Shown: in pieces, positions 1 through 12,180 of the stretch
Position numbering within the stretch: position 1 is the first letter of the stretch
Layout: every line of letters begins with the position of its first letter
From: Basidiobolus meristosporus CBS 931.73
Lineage: Eukaryota > Fungi > Basidiobolomycota
Assembly: GCA_002104905.1 (NCBI GenBank)
Contig: MCFE01000148.1
Span: 1-64,000, forward strand
DNA: 64,000 nt
Reading direction: 5' to 3'
The notes under the pieces: model-generated
Told to the model about the DNA's origin: nothing
The model's database searches: none
What the model saw: the letters and a program-made list of their open reading frames with translations, nothing else
Program-made: the position numbers and the translations under genes

Positions 1-1
1 T

Positions 2-990
2 GTTGTCCCTGTACTGGAATTTGACTTACCACTTCTCTCTCTTACTTCTAGAGACTGCACTAAGCTTGGCAAGTTTGCTGTCTGGTGCATTACCTCCTTG
101 GGGCCTCATCTGCCTGAATGCCCCTACAGACATGCTATTCTTGGTGCTTTTGGGTTTATGCCCTATAAGATCAGACTTCTCTATCTTAGAGCCAGATTAT
201 ATCTCAGACCTCACCACTGCAACAACCCACTGATCAAGACCTAAAAGAGAACACACCATACAACACCTGGCTCCTGCTGGAGAACAATACTTGGAGATCC
301 TGAAGTCAAGAAGTTTGCTCAATGTATTCTGCAGTCAGAAAAGCCCAAGATGTTCTATCTAAAGTACTTGACAGACCTTTGGCAGCAATATCTGAAGCAG
401 CACACTCCATTTATGATGAATATCAATCATTATCATATTCCTTTCATCAATGTTGTTGACAAATCATTCTTACCCCTCTTGCTACCACCCTTCCCACTAA
501 ACAGTGTCTTGAGTACAGAAGAACTATCATTTCTCCTTAATAACCTACCTACAGATCCCCCTCAGCTACACACTCTTGTATCAAAGCTACAACAGTAGTC
601 CTGGCTTCTTTGTTTCAATTGAAATAAAGATTTCACCTGTTGGTGACTGTTTCCCCCCCCCATATCCCCAAACCCCTGCTTTTTTATTCTTTGGTGGACT
701 GCATCCCCTACACCCCCTGCTCTTCCAACCTCTTCTATTCCATAATTTAACACCTACAACCATATTTTCCTGCTATTCTTATCTGACCATCTCATTTGCA
801 GATTTAGAGAGGCCACCACTTCCTTTATTATCTCTACAATACAACTTGACTGTATTTTCACTCCTGTTGAACTTGGTCTCCCTTCTTGTAGGCTTGCACA
901 AGATGACCCTACTCTTTATTCACTTGTAAAAAAGCCACCCATTAAATACCTAGCTTCTCTACTTTAAGTTCTTTGAACAAGATTTTGCCT
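2..990 (+). mobile_element. Possible decayed non-LTR (LINE-like) retroelement ORF2 C-terminal region, truncated by window start
   Basis: One frame from nt 2 runs ~320 codons with only ~5 stops (VVPVLEFDLPLLSLTSRDCTKLGKF...AILGAFGFMPYKIRLLYLRARLYLR...FNTYNHIFL). Essentially no CpG. Resemblance to post-RT LINE sequence is an impression; no catalytic motif is visible. Confidence 0.35.
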
Positions 991-2963
991 GTTAGTTAAT
1001 GTAACTCCCCTCTCCTTATGTGTAATTGAATATGGTATCAAAAACCACACAACAATACTTTATGCTTGCAGGTAATTCCTGGCTTATGTGCTGGAATTTT
1101 TAATCTCTGTTGAGGCTAAATGTAGTGGTACTCAATTCACCCCTAATCACTATGTCATTGGTATTTTGGGTGAGATCTTAGCTGTACACTGCTGATTAAT
1201 GCTCAAGATGCTGACCAGTAATTGGAGTACTATGTTAGACACCTAATATATGTAGCTCTAGAAGTAGCAATTCTTGAGCTTAGAGAATAGTGATGAATGC
1301 ACTTAAATAAGCTTTACAGATGGTTACTTTGAATGAAATTTAAAGTAAAATGGCTTAGTTTAAATACTATAAGATACCATGGAAACTTGCGGCCTTATTT
1401 CATAGTGTAAAGTCTGAGTGCATCATACAAGCATTGACAAGCTCCAAAATCCATCTTGATAAATTAACTACCGTAAAGCTATGGGATGTCCGTTGTGCTA
1501 CCAAAACTAGCTTCACCTTTGCCGGCAAACCTTAGTGGCCTACTATTGTAAAGACGAACTGTATGTTGAGTTTTGCAGAATTTTGGGCTTGCAAATGTGA
1601 AAAATATATCTCTAGACAAATACACTGATATTGTAGTGGAACTGGATTCGGGATCGCAGTGCTTACTCCCGTAAAGTACTTTATTGAAAGATAGTCTGTC
1701 TGATTCGCAAAGTATTTGTACATTTCGTTCTGAAACTCCCGGGAGTGAGAAGGTCGGGATCCAAGATTTTTTTAAGACTTGTGAGGCACCCAAGATTATA
1801 AGTAAAATCAAACATGTGGTATGGCCTTCTGGGAGTCCATGGTTGCGCATATGCGCTTGAGGTGAACCCAGCATTGACTTTCTTTACACAAGGAGGGACT
1901 CTTTTGGAGACCACCATATTATGGGCGAATACATGGCAGATGGATATGCCGCTCACTTTGAGAGGATGGTGTAAAACAAGATGAAAGATTTTGAAGTAGC
2001 ACACGGGTATGACCATGTTGTCCACAAATACAACGCGATGGTGTCTCCAATGACCCCAAGTTGTTCCACTCTACAGCGCTTTCATACAGTTGTGGTAATA
2101 AGGATTTCTACCGGAGTAGTGGTAATGGTATTATCGGGCACATATTAAGCGGACGTGGCCATCGTACCAAGTTGTTTGGCGTTGATCTGTCTAAGAAACA
2201 CAAGAAATAGGTTGGTGCTATGCATTACGAAATTCGAACGTTTGAGAGTTATTTACATCAGCATATAATCAGTACTCCCACTTCCTGAAAAACGCTGTCT
2301 AAATAGACACCTGTTCAATATTGCTACAGGGCCGATACCGACCGGAAAAGAATATTTACCTCAGGCGTACTAACAACACCTCGTCCATCTAGAATATGCA
2401 TGTATATTTAGCTATAATATTCAGGGTGATGTCAATAATATCGAGATCCCACCGGGCTGAGAAAAACATCTAGCCAAAGTCAATACTTGTGGTGCTCGCT
2501 GGCAACAGGCGACGTCACTTTTGGTATGGTTACTCGTTGTGAGCATAAAGGTTCAGATGATTACTGGTTCGTGTTTGGGCTGGTTAAATATATTATCCCG
2601 CAATCATCAAGATGGCCGAGTAAATTATAAAACCTTCGGGAAAGCCAGATTATACACATATGTTGGAAAGAAAACTAGTCGCGCATTACCTCCACTGGAA
2701 ATTGCACTATACTCCCCCTACATGTACCAGGTAAGTGCATAAGTAACTTCCAAAATGGCTGTCCCGTGGGACTGGTCATGTCACTCTACTTCCCAAAAAT
2801 AGACTCTCTTGATAGAACAGTATTGGTGTGCATATGTAACGTTGATATTGTCAAGTGACTTGTCTAAGCCCCTTGACTCACCCTCTGGTCGAGTGTTGCA
2901 TATATTATCATAAATATACAGTCTTTTCTGATATCATTTTGTTTACCCTCTGTCGTCTTACTC

Positions 2964-5900
2964 ATGCCATCGCCGTTGAGTACCCATTCCTCAGAGCTAC
3001 CGGACGAAACTGACTCGACACATGGTTGGTTTATACCACTGCTGGGATGTCTACACAGCTATAGGCGGGCGACAGTTTGCTGTGGTGAAAACCGTGTAAA
3101 ATCAGTACCATACTTCTCTCTTTATCGCTTCGCATCGGGTTGTGACTATTTCTATATTCTGTACGTCCTGGCTTTTCCTTGTGGAGACCACTTCTCTTAA
3201 GCCTATCTGTTGATACTCCTTTGCATCCCTAGAATGGCAATTATCTGCTCGATAGCAGTCGGTATTGGGCAATCCTTGGTAGCACTGGCATACGGCAACA
3301 TTACTATCGATCTTACCTCCGCGGATGCGGGACCTCAGGTCTTACGCAGTGTGCTACTCTTTATTGGGATTGGCTTGGTGATTTTGGTAACTTCTTACGG
3401 TCAAATTTATTTCTGGACTCTCTCTGCTGAAAATCAGTGCAAACGCATTCGTGAAAGATACTTTCATGCGGTCCTTCGCCAGGACATGATATGGCATGAA
3501 GGCGGTGATAGTGGACTCGACGATGGGAGTCTGGGGAAGAACAATTCTCACTCTCTGGCCACCCGCTTAAGCGCGGATACACAAGTGATTTACGATGGGA
3601 TGGCGGAGAAGGTCGGCTTGGTCATCTCCAATTCAGTTACTTTTCTTGGCGGATATGTCATTGGCTTTACTCGAGGTTGGCACTTGGCCCTGGTGTTGCT
3701 GTCAATATTACCACTTATGCTTGGTAAGTATTTTGATGTGCCTTTCACTATGGATTTTATCAGTCAGAGATAATAACCCTTCAGTCTTGGACCACTCCGT
3801 GAACAGTTGGCTGCGTTGTCATCGCGAAATACCTCTCAGAAACATCTGCGGATGGGCAAGATGCATATTCCGCAGCCGGGCGGATAGCTGAACAAGCTAT
3901 CGCTTCCATTCGAACCGTGTATGCTTTCAATGGAGAGAAAAGGGAATGCGAAGCTTACGTGAAGCAACTCAAAATAGCGTACAAAAGCGGAGTGAAAAAG
4001 GCCATTGTCAGTGGTATCGGCTTTGGCTTCATCATGTTTTTAGGCTTTTCTCCTGATTCCCTCGCGTTTTGGTATGGTGCAAAGTTGATTCTGAGCCGGG
4101 AAATGACTGCCCAAGAGGTGATGACAGTCTTCATAGGGATAACTGTAGGCGCATACGCTCTTTGGGAAATTGCACCAAATATCGGAATTTTCGCCAGCGC
4201 ACAAGGCGCTGCATATCGCATCTTTCAAATCATCGAACGAACTCCACACATTGATATATCCAGCTGTGCGGGAGAGAGGCCTAACAATGTCAAGGGCCAT
4301 ATTACTCTTCAGGATGTGACATTTACTTATCCAACAAGACCAGAGATCCCGGTTTTAACAAATGTAAACATAGAAATTCTCCCTGGACAGACAGTGGCAT
4401 TGGTTGGTCACTCAGGAAGTGGCAAATCTACCATTATTGAGCTTATTCAACGGCTCTACGACTGTACTTGTAAGCTTTTGCCATCGGTTTATTTCGCTGA
4501 TCGATATACTTTTTGGCTAACGATGTCTGATGTATTTGTACGCAGCTGGCTCGATTACCATTGACAACCTCGATCTGGAGGCTTATAATGTACGATACCT
4601 GCGAGATATGATCGGGGTTGTTTCTCAAGAGCCGGTGCTCTTTAACGTAACAATCAAAGAAAATATTACACTTGGTATTCGCAGAGACCAGACACCTCCG
4701 ACTGACGAGGAGATTGAAGAAGTATGTGGCATCACTAATGCACACGATTTCATTAAAATGCTACCCATGAAGTACGATACCGTAGTTGGGGAGAAGGGCA
4801 TCGCTCTATCTGGTGGTCAGAAGCAGAGGATCGCAATTGCTCGAGCGCTGATCAAGAAACCCCATATTCTGTTGCTGGATGAGGCCACATCTGCGCTGGA
4901 TACAGAAACTGAGAGAATAGTCCAGGAAGCACTTGAAAGGGCATCAGCAGGCCGCACAACTATTGTAGTTGCACATAGACTCTCTACAGTAAAGAACGCT
5001 GACTGCATCTATGTTCTGGATAAAGGTGTAGTATTAGAATCAGGTACACATGAGTCATTACTGGCACAACAAGGATCCTATGCCGATCTTGTGGCAAAGC
5101 AACAACTTAAATCGGGTGGCATTCGTCAGAACATCGAGCCTTTTCAAGCAATGCCATCGTCTGTGTTTTTGGTATCACCAACAGATTCATCACCTGCCAC
5201 AACAATACTCAAACCAGCCTCAGACTACCAGTCGCAGCGTATACCTATAGGATCGGAAACAAAGTCTGAAGGGACGAAAAATACGAGTATCTTCATCGAA
5301 AAGAATGAATCCGCAGGCAAGGCAGGAGCAGGTGGCTGCAGAATACAAAACGCTCTTATCTTCCGTGTGGCTAAATACATGCGATCAGATTCTGGCTTGT
5401 TGTTAGTAGGGATTGTGCTTAGTGGAGCCTCCGGCACGGTAAGCGAGCACCAATCTCCGGAAAACCTTATCCTAACAAAACCATACCTTTCCTATTCAGA
5501 TTTTTCCGTTGTCGGCTAGATACTTTGGCCAAATATGGGACCTCCTGACGAGACCTGAAGTGCCTAACTGGAGTACTAGCATCAACTATAATGCCTTGAT
5601 GACGTTCGTTACTGCAGCTGCCGCTGGTGTGACTATGGGCGGCTCGGCAGCAATCTTTAACTGTATTGGTGAACGAATGGCCCTTCGAATGCGTGACCTC
5701 TGCTTCAGAGCCATTTTGGGCCAAGAAGTAGGTTTCTTCGATCAGGAAGACCACTCCACTGGAGCATTGTCTGCTCACTTAGCAACAGATGCCTATCAGA
5801 TGCATGAGCTCGTGTCTCAGATCTTCAGGACATATGTGCAGTCCATAGTGACAGTAACCATTAGTTTGGCACTCTCTTTCACCAACAGTTGGCGAATCGC

Positions 5901-7250
5901 TTCAGTAATCTTAAGCGTGCTACCATTTATGGTAGCAGCTGAATATTTTGAAGTTAGCGCTCTGGAAGCCCTAGATGAAGGAGCGCAGGAAGCTTACGAG
6001 TGCTCCGCTAGAATTGCAAGCGAGGCGATATTGAACGTCAAATCACTCGTGAGCCTAGCTGCTGAGTGGCAATTCGAAGCTCGATACCGTGCAGCCATCC
6101 ATGCATCTCACCAGTCAGTCATGAGGAAAGTATATTGGGGATCAATAGGCTTTGCCTTGTCACAAAGTATCCAGTACTGGATATACGCCGTAGGGTTCTA
6201 TGCTGGATATCGATTTGTGAGTGCAGGCTCAATGCAGTGGGGTGAGGTGTTCACGTAAGTCTAGTGTTATTTGAGCCCATATCTATATGCTCTGCCTATC
6301 CCTGTTGCTAACGCTGCTCTCGTAGTACAATGCTGTATGTGATCTATATGGCCATGAATCTGGGCCAGATGGCAGTTCAACTTCCGGCAATGGTCAAGGG
6401 GAAGCATTCCGCCAAGAATATTTTGGAGCTCCTCGACAAACGAACAGTAATCGATGCCTTCGCCGATGGCATCTCGTTCCATCAAGACAAGCCTCCATTG
6501 GGGGCCCTTGCGCTGGAGAGCGTCAGGTTCCATTATCCCACACGACTTGATGTAGACATCCTTCGGGACATCAACATGCGAGCAGAACCCGAGCAAACCA
6601 TAGCGCTAGTAGGTTCGTCGGGATGTGGCAAGTCTACCGTTATTGCACTTCTTGAGCGGTGGTACGACGTTGATGCAGGCCGGGTGGCAGTCGATGGCTA
6701 CGACCTGCGCGATCTACAACTTTCCAGCATACGAAGCCATATGGCCCTCGTTGGCCAGGAGCCTATTCTCTTTGACATGAGTATAGAGGATAATATTCGC
6801 TACGGAGTCTCCGAGGATTACCATATCAATCACGAGATGGTTGTCGCTGCAGCACAACTGTCGGACATACATCAGTTTATCTCCTCCTTACCCGATGGAT
6901 ATGATACTCAGGTTGGAGACAAGGGTTGCCAACTTTCTGGAGGTCAGAAGCAGCGAGTTGCCATTGCACGAGCGCTCATTCGCAATCCCAAGATCTTGCT
7001 GCTAGATGAGGCGACTTCGGCTTTGGATTCTGGATCTGAAAAATCGGTTCAGGACGCACTCGACCGGGCACGTGCCGGACGCACGACTATTGTGATTTCA
7101 CATCGCCTAAGTACAATCCAAGATGCAGACTTGATCCTTGTCATCAACAACGGCCAAATTGTCGAGTCTGGTCGACATGACGAGTTGACCGCCCTTAATG
7201 GTACGTATGCCAATCTGTGCCTGGACCAAGATCTGATAAATTACCATTAA
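2964..7250 (+). CDS. Full-length ABCB/MDR (P-glycoprotein-like) transporter, TMD-NBD-TMD-NBD; introns 3161-3232, 3724-3806, 4470-4545, 5439-5499, 6255-6325
   Basis: Walker A GHSGSGKST and GSSGCGKST, two LSGGQKQR signatures, two ILLLDEATSALD Walker B motifs. The five GT..AG introns join the ORF-track pieces in frame. Start ATG 2964 is the likeliest but unverified. Confidence 0.95.
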
Positions 7251-7668
7251 CTTCTGCGCGGGAATCTCCCTACCCACCTTTATTTGTATATCCCATTTTC
7301 CAGATTTCTGGCGTCCACTTTTTTGCTGTTGCCTGCAATTGCAGCTGCCCTTTGAGTTTGAAAATTTGAGGTGTGTTGATGTGCTTGTTTTTTTAGGTAG
7401 AAATCCCTAGCTGTTTACTATGTATTGAATAAATGGTATCTGATGCAATGAGCTGACATAATGTGCTAGGTGAGTTGTGTGCAGGATGAGGAAATCTGCT
7501 TGACTATAGGTGTGCTGAATGCTGTATGGTATTTATCACTTTCAATTGTGTATACAATCATGTTTTTGTGATCTTTCCTAGTGCGTTATTCTCACTTGCT
7601 CTGCATGAATTGCATGTGTTGTGTTTAAAAAAGTTGATATGCTAGCCCCACACCCAATTACTACCAGC

Positions 7669-7850
7669 CCCTATGAAGAATATTAAACCCAGATTTCATC
7701 TAGTATTCTGCTAGTATTTTGAGATACTTCTCTAATATTCTGCAGATTTTCTGAGGGCTATTCTTGCTCTAAGAGTATTGGAGGTATTGGAGGTATTGGA
7801 GGTATTGGAAGTGATTGGGCTTCACTTAATGATTTATTGAATGTCACTCA
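7669..7850 (+). mobile_element. 5' part of a non-autonomous CACTA-type element (CCCTA family)
   Basis: Begins CCCTATGAAGAA, then CTAGTATTCTGCTAGTATTTT; alignable with the copy at 28720-28890. Confidence 0.7.
7775..7810 (+). repeat. 9-bp tandem repeat (GTATTGGAG)x3 + GTATTGGAA
   Basis: Read directly; local expansion of a motif present once or twice in other copies of the dispersed element. Confidence 0.9.
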
Positions 7851-10325
7851 GACACAACACCTAGAGTGTATGTCTAGTTGCGTATAAGAAGGCTGGAACT
7901 TGCAATATTGGTTATAACTTTGAGGAAAATTGGTTTTCTGCCGGTTATATGATGATATTCTACTGATATTTGGTAAGTTCTCTTTTGTAAGGTAGGTTTG
8001 ACGTCTACATAGGTCATTACTCTACTAATCATTTGAATTATGATCACTGACCAGAGTTTTGGTTTGTATAATGCTGACTAGTATTATAATTCTATGTAAT
8101 AATGAATATATTTTGTAGAAGTTACAGGCATATGTAATTTTGCTCAAAAGACCCTGTACTTTGCATATCACTTCCAGGAGGTTCTCTCAATACTCTGCCC
8201 TTATTACTTTAACAAAGCTCACAAGAGTATCAATATCTAATTTTGACTCAGTATATTAATAAGTAAAGTCTATCCATACTTCTAGCTATTCCATATCACC
8301 TTCAAACTCTCACTGTCACACTCAATAACTTCAAAATTGAACTTGGTTGAAACAATTCTAACAACCCTTTGTGCTCACCAATGGTAATCATTAATGAAAT
8401 ATAAACTGATGAGTGCGAAGAAGTGCCTTATACTGCACCAATGCTCTAACATGCTGAGCTAAAAAACTGCAATGTGGCTTTGACTACTCCTAGAGCTCTT
8501 CTTTTGATCGCAATTCCAGAAGTTAATGTTCATTGTGGTTCAAAAATTTCAAGGCGTCATGTGTATATTAACAAATTTAACAGCGAATTTAAGCTACTTG
8601 TGCACCTCCCTAAACAAGATCCTGTACACAAATGACTTGGAATTTCTCGAAGGGTCGAATACTTAGTGTATCATTCACATGGGGTTCTCACACTTGACGG
8701 TATTCTAAATGCATGCCATATCATTTCGAATCATCCAGAAGGACCACACTTCAAAATTCCTTTCCAGAGCTTTTCAGCACACAGTTACAAGCTAAACACA
8801 ACCAACGGTATAAATAGCACCTGCTACTATATATGGGAAATCAGCTCCAAGTACCAATTTCCACTTCGAATATACAAAAAATGCGAAAATATCCGTATAG
8901 GTGCACCTCCTTCAACCATACGTCAGGTCAGTATGAATGCCAAGAGATTTTTTAGTGTCTCAACGGAGATTACTTGCCACAAGTGTTAATAATATCCATG
9001 TTTGTTAAATATTATAAGCTACGCTATTTCGGAAATTTCCCTGGCATGTGTTAATCCTAGTAGTGTCACCGCCGAGCTTATATTTGTTGGTTGAACAGGC
9101 AAAATCTGCTTTTCTTTTGGCCCTAGAAACACCAATTCAAGAGTCGGATTCCTAGGCTAACACTTTGAGTGCTGTAAGAAGTAGAGGTGAGAGGCAGCGG
9201 CATCATGGTGCAAAGCTTGCACCAAGCGAATGCAGTATGAATCCACAATAAAAGGAAAGAAAAAATGTACTCATACTTTTGCCTGGGTCATTACGCTATG
9301 TTGGTAAAATACTAACTAGTAAATTAGGATTTCCAATGGAGATACTTAATGGCTTGAGGCCATTGCCCAATATGCAGGGACAACACCCAATATCCAGAGC
9401 AAAAAAAATAGAGAGCATTACTTGGGCATCTAATTGGATGGCAGAAAACCAAACTTGCCAGTCGTTAGCACCCAGTCATCACTCACCAAGCCCAAGCATG
9501 ACATCGATCTCGAAATTTGGTTCAAACCACTCGCTTTGTAGATATGTACGGCGGCCGTAAAGGATATCCAGCTCAATTGGTGTGCATTTAAGGTTCAGCT
9601 AACCTATCAGTTTGGATTTGAGATTCAGCATTGGAAGCGAACCTTGTACCACCGGAAAAAGGAGAGAGTTAGATTTGTTCCAAAAATGGCCGACCAATAA
9701 GGTTTTGGCTTTTCCAGTTATATTATTATATCGATCTAAGTGTCTCTCATGAGTTGCCAATAATGTTATAAATTGATGGTTTTGGTTGTCACACAAGGCC
9801 AGTAGTAACACTGACACCACCTGCGCCTTGAGGCGGAAGGCGGATTCCATGCATAGAAAAACACCTACGGCAAGAAGGCTGCATCGATAAAGTGATTCGG
9901 CATGTGCACCTCCTGAAGTTTTATTACATTCTGGAACAGGTAATCAATGAACATCGGATGTGCTGGATTGTCATTTGATTTACATACGTATTATACAACA
10001 CCATAAAGTTAACTTTAGCGCGATTATGCTTGTGAGCTGGCAGAGAAAGCACTGCCTTGACTTCGATGTACAGAGTTAAACAGATCAATGAACAGTGGGA
10101 TGTGACTGGATGCGTGGGATAAAACAACTGAGATGACTTCGATGGGTTAAGGTCTAGCTTACGTCGGTATCACGTAATCGTCTGAGCTATACATGCGCAT
10201 ATGATGTTTGGTGCTTGCTTTGTTACGAGGTTTCGTTGGAGATTTCGTCTATGGGGTGTCAACATCCAGTGTCGAATAGATTACTTTGGAACCAAACGTC
10301 CCGTGGTGTGCTCCGGAAAAGATGA

Positions 10326-11150
10326 TCACAAAGCTTTGCTTGGGTCTTTCGGTTTCAATACTATGACGGGCGCTTCACATCTGCCGCTTTTGGAGAAGAT
10401 TCTTTTGCAGAGGGCGTACAGCCAGCCGCCGTTTAGGATGATGAGAGCAGACGAGAATACGCTACAAAACCAAGGGATTCGGAACATAGTCATATACCAT
10501 GGTTCTTGGTGTCTGAAGGCATATATCCAGTACATGAAATACACCATGTAGAGTCTGCAAGTGAAAAACAACCCAATCAAGCCGATATTCACACTCCACA
10601 ACCTAGCCCCTACTACGTTCATCTTCTCGAATAGCCAGCGTAGATGCAACAACGGAGTAGAGGCGTTCATCAAGAGAATCAGCGCAATGAAATAATCCCC
10701 CTTGGCAGGTCCACCGTATATGACCAAGTAATAGACTAGGCCTGTGGAGAATGCCAGGTGATGGATTAGAGTGACTTTGTCGTAGATTCCGAAGCGGGCC
10801 GCCTTGTACAGCTCTGATATGGTGTCTTGGAAAAGATAGCCCAACTCCAGACCCGAGACAAACTTAGTTTCGGGATGGTCGTTGTATATCAGGTGGAGTT
10901 GTGACCAGTCGCTCAGAAAGGCAATCCGTATTGCGCAGAAGGTGGCCACTGCAGCGTGCAGTGTCGCGACCAATTTGTTCCTAAGCTGGAATCGATGCAG
11001 CGGGCGCAACGACTGGTAAAACTTGTTGTAGCGAAATACGAAGTGCAGAAGGATGAAGAGTAGCGGATATCCGTAGCAGGCCAGGAAAACCGACTTCGGG
11101 AAAGCACGTCTGTGAGGAGCGGGGACAGAATCGGGGGTGTATGCTGTCAT
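10326..11150 (-). CDS. TLC (TRAM/LAG1/CLN8) domain membrane protein, TLCD/TMEM56-like, intronless, 274 aa
   Basis: Multiple hydrophobic segments with TLC motifs VATLHA, GYLFQD, LIHH, MNASTPLLHLRW, FFTCRL. Confidence 0.85.
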   Translation of the reverse strand: MTAYTPDSVPAPHRRAFPKSVFLACYGYPLLFILLHFVFRYNKFYQSLRPLHRFQLRNKLVATLHAAVATFCAIRIAFLSDWSQLHLIYNDHPETKFVSGLELGYLFQDTISELYKAARFGIYDKVTLIHHLAFSTGLVYYLVIYGGPAKGDYFIALILLMNASTPLLHLRWLFEKMNVVGARLWSVNIGLIGLFFTCRLYMVYFMYWIYAFRHQEPWYMTMFRIPWFCSVFSSALIILNGGWLYALCKRIFSKSGRCEAPVIVLKPKDPSKAL

Positions 11151-12120
11151 TGGAGCTTCAACAACAATAGGGATGGCTGAGGGATACGTAGGATAGGAAT
11201 GAGAAACTGAAGAGCTCGCGATCGATCTTATAGGGCGCTCACGAAGGAGAAAGGTGGAAAGGGTGTAATGTCTATCTTCAGAATTAGTCGGAGGGTTGGT
11301 GGGGGGAAAGCTAGATATATACCCAATTTAACAAGCCATGTTTACTGCATATCATTAAGCTTGGCATCAGGTTTAAGGGTATAGTCAGCTCCGAGTAGCA
11401 TGGCTGAAAATAGAATTCCTGCAAATTCCTACTAATCCACGGGATCCACCTATCAGCTGGCCGTTGTTCATGACAATTACCTAGACAGCACGAAAAACTG
11501 GATATGTTGGGGATTAGGAAGGAAGTCGGATCTGGTGTTTCACGACGGTGAAACAAATGCAAGCTTCCTCTACCTTTGCAGGGAGAGAATCACAATACTC
11601 CTCCAAGAGCCAATAACCAATGTAACCACGTACGTTGTTGCTAGATCAGCTGTGTGTTCTGAATGATCGACTTGAAGCAGAGCATCATGGGCCTAATCGG
11701 CACCATCAGCACTTGTGCGGCTGCTGTAATTCTGCTGACTGCTTCGTCATAGCTTCTTGCTTCCGAGGGCTGATTGGTGTCTTGGCCGCCATGAATGTGT
11801 ATTCAAGAGCTAGCTGATTTCCCTCCATGACATAAGCATAACTAATTGTGTTTAGCCCGCTGATCGACAATAGAATACTTAGTCATGGCATATGAAATGA
11901 TTACAAAATAAACTAAAAACAGTCAAGTGTTCGTTTCGTTTGTCACTTCTGACGGGGTGTTCCGGAATGTGGTGATCCAGATGTTGATGAACTGAATCAT
12001 GTGATCGTGCAGCCTGCATTTGGAGATCCATGACAGGTGTTTTGACTTGGATCCAGGCTAGATCTTGGCTGTTGCTGAATGAAAGAAAATCACCGGTCAT
12101 TTAACATTGGCATCTGGCTC

Positions 12121-12180
12121 GATTTCCATATTAAATGAGCTTAGATGGCCAATTTCCATACTAAATGAGCATGTCTGGTC
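12121..12180. repeat. Two-unit 30-bp imperfect tandem repeat
   Basis: GATTTCCATATTAAATGAGCTTAGATGGCC followed by AATTTCCATACTAAATGAGCATGTCTGGTC. Confidence 0.8.

Noticed and set aside
2964-11150. ABCB exporter as marker of a biosynthetic gene cluster
   Set aside because: No NRPS, PKS, terpene synthase or tailoring enzyme is recognisable nearby; neighbours are TEs, relics and housekeeping genes.
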